Below, piece after piece: positions 17,014-28,898 of a DNA stretch of 64,000 nucleotides. The notes under the pieces are model-generated. The model did no database searches. It was not told the origin of the DNA and saw only the letters and a program-made list of their open reading frames with translations. The translations under genes were made by a program, and so were the position numbers. Origin of the DNA: Dimorphilus gyrociliatus (taxonomy: Eukaryota > Animalia > Annelida); the NCBI GenBank assembly GCA_904063045.1, contig CAJFCJ010000012.1, forward strand, positions 2,170,001 to 2,234,000, read 5' to 3'. Positions within the stretch are counted from its first letter, which is position 1. Each line of letters begins with the position of its first letter.

Positions 17014-18979
17014 ATGTCGAAAGTGTGTATCATTGGTGGAGGTGTATCTGGTCTACCGACTATAAAATCGTGTCTAGAAGAGAATTTGGAGCCAACGTGC
17101 TTTGAAAAGCATAATGATATCGGAGGAATTTGGGCTTACACTACTGATACAAATAGATTTTGCGCATCAGAATCAACAATATTAAATCTATCTAAAGAGA
17201 TGAACGCCTATTCTGATTTTCGTCCGAAAGCTGAGTATCCACCCTTTTTAACAAGGGAACACTACCATAGATATTTAAAGGCATATGCTAAAAACTTTAA
17301 ATTAATGAAATATATTAAACTTGAACACGAAATTTTAAAAGTTGAAAGAAATGGTAGAACAAAATGGTTTGTTACAGTTAAAGATCTAACAAGTGGTAAT
17401 ATTTCAAAATTGGATTTTGATTTTGTCATTATATGCACTGGAAGAAATTCTTCTCCAAATATCGTCAACTTAAAAGGTTCGGACGATTTTCAAGGTAGAA
17501 TTATACATTCTTATCAATATAAGAATTGGAAAAAATACGAAGATAAGAGAGTTGTCGTTGTTGGAAGTTTAAATACTGGTCTAGATATTGCTTGCGAACT
17601 GAGTAGAGTGTGTAATCAAGTAAGCATCTTATATAACTTTTAAAAAACTGGCACTTCTCCTTATAATAATATCTTATGTCAACTTTGAAGGTTTTTTTGG
17701 TAAGTCGGAAAGGTCAATGGATCTTACCAAGATTATTGGAAGGGAAACCAACCTATGCATCAGTTTCATCGCGATTCAAAGGGTTTCTACTTGGCACATT
17801 ACCATTGTCTGTAATAAATTTTATCAGAAAAATTAAACACAACTCTTATTTCGATCATGAACTTCTTGGTTTAAAACCAGAATTTGAACCTTCTGATAAA
17901 ACTGGAACGGGTCTAAACTGTGAAATAGCAGCAAGGTAATTGATCTATTTTCTACTTTTAATCTAGCAAATTGAAGAATGAAAGATATTTTCGATACTTT
18001 AGACTTATTTGCGGTAGAGTAATGCTTAAACCAAAAATTGAGCGTCTACATCAAAGAAGCGTTGAATATGAAGATGGTACCGTATCCGATACTATAGACG
18101 AAATAATACTATGCACAGGTTTTATTACACCTTTCCGTTCTTCATTTAAAATCATTAAAACTAATTATAGGACATTCTCTCTTATATTTAGGTTACAACA
18201 ATCAATGCCCTATTTTAAATACAATCTCTGATATTGAAGGGAAAATAAATAATGAAACAACTGATTTATATCGTCTTATGTTTCCCATTACCGATTATGA
18301 GCCTACCATTGCAGTTGTCGGTCTATTCGGTGTGCCTGGTGGAGTTGCGGGCGTTTCGGAAATGCAATCTAGATGGATTTGTAATGTATTTAAGGTTTAT
18401 ATATTATTTTATTATAGTAAAGTTCTTTGATAGGACTAATACGTCTTATTAAATAGAAAACGATTACTTTACCTAATAAATCGTATATGAAGAAGAAAGT
18501 CAAAGAATTTCAAAGTGCGATGAAGAAACGATACAAACATGGAGCTGAACCATTTAACTATATATCATACATTCCAACAATGAACACCTTGGCATCGGAA
18601 ATAGGATGCAAACCAAATTTCTGTTTGTATATTCAAAATATTAACTTATGTCTCACCTTTAAATAAAGTAATCTCTCTCTTTTTTCTTTCCTTTACCCAT
18701 CTAGGGAAATTATTTCTAACTAAACCGAAATTGGCATTTAAACTATATTTTGGACCAATGGCCCCTTACCAATATAGATTATTTGGACCAAATAAATGGG
18801 AAGGTGCGGAAAAGGCTTCAACGAATATTATTCTCGATACGTTTTCATCGATAATGAAGGAGAAAAAGAAAACAAAGACAACTAGCTCAATTCCAAAGTT
18901 ATTTATTTTAGTAGGTCCGTTCATTGCAATTATTAGTTCTTTAGTTTTAATGCAGCTTAAAAATGAAAGTTTCATCTAA
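17014..18979 (+). CDS. FMO: Flavin-containing monooxygenase B (divergent)
   Basis: Exons 17014-17619, 17691-17935, 18003-18118, 18192-18394, 18457-18622, 18705-18979 join into an intact frame. [35 protein letters not shown] and C-terminal anchor. NADPH motif reads GSLNTG. Confidence 0.95.
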
Positions 18980-19255
18980 TGATAAATTGATGCTTATATA
19001 CAGTATATATATATATATATATATAAATCAAATAATATGGCACTATTATGACAAATTTACTGTTTAATCATCATCTATATTTCCATAATGAATTTAATAA
19101 ATATCAGATTTTTTATGATTAATTAATAAACAGCAGATGGCGTAATAGATTGAATCAATAGGATTTTTTTGCACATATGAATGTTTACTTGGCCCAATAT
19201 TCCTATTACAAATGCTGTTCAGACAGCAACAGTACTTATCCAGATGCTAGTAAAT

Positions 19256-20973
19256 ATGAATTCAATTGTGAACCTTTTCCACTCAATTAAATCCAACTCA
19301 CCGCAAAAAGCTATACAAAGTTGGATAAGGGCGCATCCATGGTTCACTGCGGCTGGTTTAATATCAGGATGGTGGATTTTTAAGATAGTGAAAAGGCCAA
19401 GGAATTTACCACCTGGTCCAATAAGTATACCTTGGCTAGGTGGTTCGTGGAAGTTATTGCTTAATGATCCTTGCAATAGTATAGAGGATTTGGAACAAGT
19501 ATATGGGAATATAAGCTCCCTATATATTGGTGATCAGTTAGCAGAAATTAATGTTTTTTTAGTGTTAAGAAAATACACGGGTGTATTATTTATTCGAAAG
19601 GTTGCACATCTTCATTTCAAGTTACGACCTAATCGAGAAGACTTTTGTAAAGAGAGAGGACGATTTCAACGCAAGACAAACAAAGGATCTCTTATCGAAT
19701 TTTCTAGAGATGGAAGATCGTTAATATAAATTTAAATAAAGAATTGTATTCCAATTTATTTTTATTCAATTTTTTCTTTTATATTTAGTGATCCTTTCCC
19801 AAACTAACAATGAAGAATTCAAAAGGAACAAAAGTTTGGTTTGTGCCATGATAAATTCAACTGACAAATTTTTCGATCGGTCCCACATTCGGGAAACCGT
19901 AGAGGATATGCTTATAAATATATATGAAATGAACGAAACTGCTTTCTGTCCACTAAATCTTCTTAGGAAGGTTTGCGGGGTCTCGATTATGTCGATTATT
20001 ATGTCGAAAGAATACGGTTTAGATGATGATGAATTGGGAAATTTAATTAGGCTTATTGGTGTATGGTACGATAGTTTAGGAACTTGGAATTTTCTCTATT
20101 ACCTTTTACCTTTTCCTTCTCTTTTTCTAAAGTTTTTCGCCAAGGATACTTTGGAGGCCAGTAGACAAGTTAAAGAATTCGTTAGGGAGAGTATCAAAGA
20201 ACACGAGCTATGTTTGGATACGGAAAACCCTAGGGATTTTATTGATTATATGTTAAGCGAATACAAGGGAAAAGTAGACCTAAATCGTATCATAGATACG
20301 ATGTATGTAACATTTCCTGACGCTATACATACAATTTCGTTTCTCGTATATTTAAGCCTATGCTATCTCGGTTACCATCAGAGAGTACAAGAGAATGCTC
20401 AACAGCTTCTCGATTTAGTAACAAAAGGAACCGGACCAAGTCTAAATGATAGAGAAAAATTAGCATACATAGAAGCAATCATATTGGAAACGTTACGAAT
20501 AAGTAATATGGTACCTATGCTTACCGGTCACTTTCCGACTAAGGATAGTACTCTAAATGGTTATAAAATACCAAAATCTTCGACGATTGTGGGTCTTTTA
20601 AATAGTACACATTTTAATGAAGAATTCTTTGCGGAGCCTAAGAAATTCAAACCCGAGAGGTTTCTAGATGATGAAGGAAATCTATTAGTGAACAAAAAAC
20701 TACTAAGCTTCGGAATCGGTAAAAGTTAACAGTCAATTCTTATCTGATGTCAGGTTATTTACATTTACACTTAATATTTCAGGTCAAAGGATGTGTATAG
20801 GAAAAGAAATATCAATAAAAGAATCATTTTTATTAACATCGAATATCCTTAAACACTTTCAAGTCTCCATTAAACAAGATTTATCGTTGGACGATGACGA
20901 GTTTGAAAGAATAATCATGTCTCCTATTTCAACGAAAACTGAGGTTATTTTTAAACCTAGGAGGACACATTAA
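19256..20973 (+). CDS. Microsomal cytochrome P450, CYP2-clan-like, with atypical I-helix
   Basis: Exons 19256-19536, 19601-19719, 19789-20718, 20783-20973. Short TM, KRPR, LPPGP hinge, ETLR (ExxR), KFKPERF, heme motif FGIG|QRMCIG split by the last intron. The start Met could be 19256 or an upstream in-frame ATG (e.g. 19181). Confidence 0.93.
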
Positions 20974-21770
20974 ATATCGAAAGAAATCGCTTCTATTATA
21001 AATCATGCCTCAACTACGTATACTTGAGTAAATTTAGAGAGTTTTCAGATATCCTTGATTTGCCTTAAATCAACTAAAATCTATCGATTTTCAGTTGACT
21101 TTACAAGCACTTTAATACACTTTATGATTGATAAAGTTATCATTTTTCTTTAACGCTCCTTCTCAATTTTCTTCCGTCTCCCCTTTTCCATTCGTTTGTT
21201 ATATAATAACTAAATTGGGTCAGCAATAGTTCGATAAATTTATTTGAACGGATAAAAATAATAATCAGCGCTAGAAGTAGAGAAGAAAATTTGCTCTTCT
21301 TCATAAGGAATTGTTAAAGACAACAAGAAATTTATGCAAATCTCCTAAATGAAATTAATAAAGGAACGATCAAATCTTGATACATATATATCACTTCATT
21401 TTTCTACTTATGTCATCTTTATTTGACTTTTTGCCCTATTCATCGTTCCGGGAAAGGGAAAGACAAAAGCGGAAAGAGGCGAAGGGTATCAGAAGTTTAT
21501 CAACCTCAAAATCCGTTTCGACGGCTTCCTTTCGGTCGCAAATATCATCCTCAAACTTTTAAGGATTTCATTCGTTGACCTATAATCATAGAATCTTTTT
21601 TTTCCGTTTTTTTATAACGGTTTTGAAGAATTGATATCTTTTTTATTTAATCTCTTCATACAGCAATGCTCTTTTGGATGATCTTTCCTCTTTAGGTCAA
21701 GATAAGTTTGACAGTTAAATCTTGTAGTCCGTTCTAGAGATACATTACTTATCTCGTTTTATACGGCCAA

Positions 21771-21785
21771 CCGGAAGATGGCGGC
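21771..21785 (+). promoter_or_regulatory. Composite ETS + YY1 promoter element upstream of the THIK gene
   Basis: ccggaagatggcggc = CCGGAAG overlapping AAGATGGCGGC, about 225 nt upstream of the ATG at 22008. Confidence 0.55.
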
Positions 21786-22007
21786 GTTATTTGTTAAATT
21801 GCGCGCTTAAAATAAACGCCACCTGTCAATGTAACCTTTAACCATATCACACAGTTTGCCAAACAACGCCCGAAGCGACCATCGTAAACCTTCTAAACGA
21901 CAGAAATGTTTAGAAAGATGTAACGAGATATAAATAAAGGAAGAAAATACTTGATTTAAATATAAATAAATAGAAAATTAAATAAAACTACTGTTGAAAG
22001 AAAAATT

Positions 22008-25000
22008 ATGAAAAAGAGGCGAGGATGTTGCGCCTTACTCCATCTCCGAGAAGATAACGCCCGTTTCATTCTCTTATTTATTCTCATGATTTTCTATACG
22101 CTCTGTGGAGCAGGATTGTTTATGTTACTCGAACGCGATAACGAGATTAAAGAAGGGAATAAATATTATCGAAGGTATGAAAAGTTTCTAGAGGATAATC
22201 ATGAAGTTAATAAGACGGAGTTGGATATTTTACTTCGGTTGCACGCTGAAGCGGATAGGACCGGGGTTTTGAATGATAAGCGGCCTAGATGGGATTTTGC
22301 GGGTGCTTTCTATTTTGTCGGAACAGTTGTTTCAACAATAGGTTTGTATGTGGTCTATAAAACTACTTAAAATGTACCTTTCTTGTTGTTTTCTTTAAAG
22401 CTTTTCCTCCTAATTATTTAAGTGTTGAAGAGCATTAGAGTGCTCTCTAATTCTTAGGCTGGTTTATCCTCTCTTATCTTTTCATTACTTCATTTGAATA
22501 TATCAGTGTGCGTAGAAAAAAGTTGTTACAAAATTCTTCATACTCGCTCTCTCTCTCTCTCTCTCACTGTAATTCGTTTTCCTACAAGTACATATGTATA
22601 TCTCTAGCAGATTTAAAGCTCATAGAAACGTACTCTGAGTAAGGAATAATGTTTTTTTTTTACTTAGTAGAATAATCTATCGATTCCCTGGACAACAAAA
22701 CAAAAGCGAGATTCACTTGAAGCTATCATTTAGCTTGTTTTGTTTTGAGTTTTCTAGGCGTTGGCAACGAGGATATCCTCCTTATCATAGAGAAAAAACT
22801 CATAATTATTGAAATTTTGGCAACCTTAAATGCAGTTTAATGGCAATGTACCGAAATAGCTTAAATGCCCACTATTTTTTTTTATTCTTATATAAACCTC
22901 GCCCAAAATAATATTTATATATTTCATAGTAATTGATCTATACAGTCTATTCGGATTAAATTACTCGTGATTATAAGAAGAAGGAAAAAATTTGCTTGTA
23001 TTTGCTCATTAATAGAGAAAAATAGACGAATTACGTTGATATTTAAAAATATATTGATACTAAAGTTTTTTTATTTGATAGAAAATCTCTGTTAGAGAAG
23101 GATGTTTATTATAATATATACAGTATGCATATATATACTGTATATAGACTGTATAAACTGTATACATAAGTGTTAAGTTTAGAAACATACTTAGGTAACT
23201 GTACAGAGAGCGAGAGAGAGAGAGAGAGAGAGCCAGTCTTTCTCTGACCTCCCTGCGTTATTTTAATTACTAGCTAGCTACACCTATAAAGGAATTAAGG
23301 GAATTTGTAATTGTTCGACGTTTACTACGGAGAAGAAAATTAATACGTTCCAATTCTAATTGGCCATGGATAAACTTGACTGCAAAATTGGATGCTAGCA
23401 TTAGAGCCCTTCTTAATTTAAAAAGTGTAGATTATATACGGATTTTATACATCTTATACTTTATTATAAGATAGAAAAAGAATATTATATACTGTATTGC
23501 ACTTATAACTTATACATTGCATTTAGAGTTTATAGATAATGTTGTCTATAAGTAGTACAATGTCTAAAGTATTGTGTGTTGTACTAGAATTTTATTTATA
23601 TACTCATACAAACCCTATATTTAAGAGAAACCAAACATATGACCGAAAGCGAATATGCCAATCATATAGACGTGATTAAACAAAAGCTTTGCCACCGGTG
23701 ATGTTTTCGGCAAAATTGCCCTGTTTGAAAATTGGAGAGTTGAAATAGGACAAAGGGGCAGTATTCGTTTGAAAAGAGGTTTAGACCAGCAATATAAATA
23801 ACGGAATGTGAAAAGGGAGACAGAAAGGCAGACAGGCAAGGAGAGAGAGAGAGACACACACACACACAGACAGACGGACAGACAGAGAGAAAAAGTGGGA
23901 GGAGACAGATAGAAAGGGGAAAGGAAGTGAAAAGATTAAGATAGAAAAAGAGTCGAGTTAAAGTGAGAGAATGAAGATCAATTGACTCTTTTTTTTCCGA
24001 TTTGCGATATTTTTTAGTTAAAATTAGCCTAATTTGAATGAATTTCTTTCTTAGAATTAGCAATTTGTATTGTACAGCTTCTCTTTTTGTCCATCTCACA
24101 CAGTCGATAGTTGCGAGGTTTTACGAAAGAAACTATGATGGACTTATAAATTCTGTCTTGTGTAAACTTGCAATTACCTTATTAATAATAGGTGATTCAT
24201 CACTTGATTAATAATGTAACAACGTATGTACTGTTATGTATTCTCTGCTGGCTCTTTTCTATTTTACGGTTCTTGCTTTCATCCATCTATCTTACGAAAT
24301 TTCTCCTTTACTTCAAATCCTTTTTCTATTTACTATAAAAGCACAAGAATTTATTGTTATTATATGTGTTTTTCAGTAAATTATAACTCTACACTTAATT
24401 GCGTTAATTCGTTGTAAACCGCCTTCTTAGAGGTTGAACAAATATTTTGGATTGACAGCACAAAAGGCAAAATTAACAAAAATCTATAGTCGGAATTTTC
24501 AATATAGCGACAGTCTGCTCTATCTTCTCTGTTATATTCATCTTATTCGCTGTTATTTTCCCTCCTTTCCTTTTCTTCGCTCAGAATAGAATTTTATTTG
24601 TTCTAGGCAATAAAAAAATAAATGAAATGAAAAACTAGAAAAAAGGAGAAAATTATTCCTTTTTTTGCGGTTTTGCAGTTGATCAATTACGTAATTTAGA
24701 ATATTAAAGCATGACAAAAATTCGATTGTAAATATAAAATATATAAAGGCCAGCTGGTGACTTTTTCTTATCTAGGAAAGATATCTTACTGTTGTCACAT
24801 TAACATCTGTTACTATTTAAGACTATCAATAATTGTTTGACTACATGTAAAATAAAGCCTAACAATTTTGATTTTATTAATGCAGGCTTTGGCATGACGA
24901 CCCCTAGAACGACACCTGGGAAAGTTCTCCTCATTTTTTACGGAATTATTGGCTGCTCAGGAGCTATTTTATTCTTTAATCTGTTCCTTGAACGAATTAT

Positions 25001-25757
25001 CACATTTTTAGCTTATATCCTCCGAGCCATCCATGATATGGAATTACGAAGAAAGGGTCTTTGGTCTGAAAGACGAAGAGGTTCTCAAGTTTCCGACGAT
25101 GATTCGCTAGATTCTTGGAAACCGTCTGTGTATTGGGTTCAACTGATTTTGTTACTATCTGCCTGTACAGTAGCTTGTTGTGCTTCGGCCATGTATTATC
25201 CCGTTGAAGAATGGAGCTACTTTGAATCAATTTACTTTTGTTTTGTCGCTTTTGCTACAATTGGTTTCGGCGACTATGTCGTCTCGCAAAAAGCAACTTA
25301 TCAGCGCGTCCATTTGTACAGATTTGGTAATTTCGTATTTCTAGTAATTGGATGTTGCTGTGTTTATTCTCTAGTCAACGTGACGTCAATAGTGATAAAG
25401 CAAGTGCTCAACTGGATTATCAAAAGGCTCGACTGTGCCGATTGTACGTGCTGGTTAAAGCGGCAGAATAAAGCCAGGGGTAGGAGGAACGCCATAACGC
25501 CAGGCGCCGCTAAAAACAGGCATAGAGACTTGGAAGTAGATTCAAATTATGATTCCGAGCTTGGATCCAGAAGGGGAAGCAATGAAATGATATCAATGAA
25601 AGATTTCTTGCAAGCCAACAAAATATCATTAGCCATGATGCAGAAGCAGTTAGCAGAAACTGCAAATCGACACCATCACAGGGAATCCAACGGTTTACAG
25701 GGAGGTGTTGGTCCACTGGCTATTCTCAATAAGAAACTAGGTCAAGAGGACGCTTAG
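22008..25757 (+). CDS. KCNK13: Two-pore-domain K+ channel, THIK subfamily (KCNK12/13)
   Basis: Exon 1 22008-22341 and exon 2 24886-25757 join at STIG|FGMTTP. EDNARF, RWDFAGAFYFVGTVVSTIGFG, LFFNLFLERIIT, WKPSVYWV, second pore FATIGFGDYV, RNAITP. The two-exon split in pore 1 is as I recall for vertebrate THIK genes. Confidence 0.96.
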
Positions 25758-28700
25758 AATAAGTTCTCTACGTAATTATTTAATTTTCTTTCATATGACT
25801 ACTTGTACCTGTAGACGGTTTATAGACATTATACAACATGAATGTGTAAGTACAGAAAGAATTGTAACATCTAATTATTATCGTACTACAGTTAAAAAAA
25901 AAGAGAAAAACAAGAAAAAAAAAAAAACCACCCTGCATAAATATGCTGTTTAAGCAGTATTACACACTGTTCACAGTACATACTTTATTAGTATTATATT
26001 AATTTATTCAGTCATTTTCTTTTAATTACCATCAACTTCTTTTTTATATATGTTTTTTATACATTCTTTCTTCAAAAGAAAAGACATACAGATGAAATAT
26101 TTATAAAAAACCCTAAAAAGAAAGCAAATCTAAACGAGTTAGATTTTACCTATGTATTAGAAGATGACAAACTAATCATAAATGAAAAAAACCTTCTATT
26201 CTTTTCTTAGCTTTTACTTTTTTTTGCCAATATTTATTATCAATTAGTAAGCTACCAGCTAAACTTTAAGGATTACTCCTATAATATAATCAAGATATAT
26301 TTCCTATTTGTTTAACAAATTCATCCGTTATCCAATAGTCATCTAATTATAGCCATATTTATTATTTCAGTATTAAATATTTATAATAACTACCAATAAC
26401 AGTATAATTGGTTTCTTTTACAACCCTTCTCCTTATAATTTATGCGTTATATTTCTATTAATAATTAATTAATATATTGAATATTCATAGATGCTTTGGT
26501 TTATATTTGGGTATTTTTTCTCATTAGGGAAGGGGAAACCTATCTTTTTCATCCTATATATATAATTTTTAACCTCAAAGTCCTATTTTTGCAGATATGC
26601 TATAAAACATACAAAGAACTGTATTAATATGTTTGTATTGTTTAGGAAAACAATTATTTTTATGGTTACAGATATGATTTTGTTAATATTTTTAAATAAA
26701 ATACTGAAAATTAGAAAGATTTTCAAATTTGAGGTGAAAGAAAGGGTGAGAGGCAGGAGTGTAGAAAGGAAAATCAGAAAGGGGGAAGGGAAGGGAGGGG
26801 GAGAGTGGAAGAAACGACAGAAAATGAAGAGAAGTGAGATTTTGATGTTTCTTTTCGTCGAAATATCAATTTGTTCTCTTATGGACAAATATGAAAAATA
26901 CGCTTTCAATTGATAGAGGTGTCTATTTTTTTGCGAGAATATTTTTTCATTAGGAATCAGAAGATAAGATTATGAAAAAGGCTATCTTTCTTTTTCTGTT
27001 ATATTATTTTTTACCAATTAAGCATTTTTGTTACAAAAAAACCACATTACTATATCCTCAGGGTATCTTTGTACCTGTATCACCTATATTGACTATATTA
27101 CTAGGTGTACTTTTACTCATAAATCGATTAATACAAGGATGAAGTTTTCGACTCATAAGAAAAATGTTCTCATCTCACTATATACAGTATTATAATAATT
27201 ATTATTATTCGTATTCACGATTATAGCTTCTGTTCGATCTCAGATACGAAATCTGTTAAAGTAATTTCGAAGCGTCAAACGTCAGGATTTCTAATCAGTT
27301 GAGAGTGAGAGGAAGTTAGAAAGGGGAAAGGAATTGGCAAAAGGGCATGGAATTGAGAATGGGAAAGGACGAAACAGGAATAAAAAAAGCTGATTAAGAA
27401 AGTGAAATTGTTAAATTTTGTTTACTTTTTCAATTTTTGATGAATTTGAGATAAATCTAAAAAAATTAGGCCCATTTCGTATCTTGGAAATTGAGGTCGA
27501 GACTTTTTCTATTCTGGCTTGTTTGTCTTCTTCTTATTAATGACTATCGCCCGCGCGACAGGCGAATCTGTTGACCTACTTTAACCCCTGCATTTTTTCT
27601 GTTAAGAAGTAGAAAGATAAATAGAAAGAAGAAAAGAAAGAAAAAGAAAGAGGAGAGTATAATATCTACTTGCCCTTTTTAGTCTTTTTCGATTAACACA
27701 CAAACACTTTATCGATAGCAATTTATTTTAATGAATACCTTGTCTTTTAGACAATTTGAAAATTATGTCAACTTTAGGAGTAAAAAGAGGAGGGTAATAA
27801 AAAAATATTTCTATTTATATTCACGCAATAAACTCCAAAGAAATTTAAATAAGGAGCTAGCTTTTGCATTCACATCTAAATTTACAATCTGTCAAAATCA
27901 ATAAAAGTTCACTGTTTTGAAAACTTTCCTCTCTATATTTCATATTTATCTTGTCAATATCTTTTATATATATAAAAGAAATATATATTTTTCATCTTTC
28001 TTTCCTGTTGTTGTTGTTGCTGCTGCTACTGCTCCTCCTCCTCCTCCTCCAGATCTCTCCTGCCTGATTATTGTAACATCTTATTCTTTCATCTTTTATA
28101 AAAAAACCAAACCTTCTTCGTTGCTTCTTTCCATCTCTATCTACTCTTCTCTGATATATCTATAAATATTAGTTGATATGCTTTTATATTTAGAATAATT
28201 ATAAATGATAAAAGGAAAGAAAAGTTAATTAATCTATCATCTGCAACGTTGAATACTTTACATAATCAAAGTACTATTACAGAGTGTTGCAAATCGTTTA
28301 TACTCTATGAGGTTGTCTTAGTAGCATCACGAAAAGAGAGAATGTTCAGTTCAAGTATATAATATTAACTTTCTGCAGACTCATCACCAGTGATTTTCCT
28401 GAGAAATTTTACAGTTGTATACTTTATATAGGTAAATATTATTTCATAGACAAAATATAATACAGACACAGACAGCAAAAGTGTTCTCAGGCATTCTGAC
28501 CTTCACGCGATATATGTAATCTTCTAAGCTTGACAAAATTTGCTCATTTACCCAATTTTGTTGCATATTTGTCCATTAAGCAATTGCCATTCTGTAATCT
28601 TAACAACAAAAACTTGATATAGTTTTGTTTCGTATTGCAGCGCTTATAGAAAGATCTCATTTACTGACTTTGAAGATAGATCCACTTGATAATTAGTAAG

Positions 28701-28822
28701 AGAATGAACAAGTATGTTTGGTTTTTGAACAAGGCGTTGAAGTGGCACTCGACCGTTTTATTCCTAGGTCCGACCTCTAATAAATTCTCTGCTAGCGTTT
28801 CTTTTAAACTCTCGTTCGTTCG

Positions 28823-28834
28823 CTCACTCTCTCA

Positions 28835-28898
<64 letters not shown>
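28823..28898. repeat. Compound (CT)n-(AT)n microsatellite
   Basis: Read directly. Confidence 0.9.

Noticed and set aside
23621-24099. ORFs of 80 and 145 aa in the THIK intron
   Set aside because: Translations of (GA)n/(CA)n repeats (SLSL/VCVC runs) on the antisense strand.
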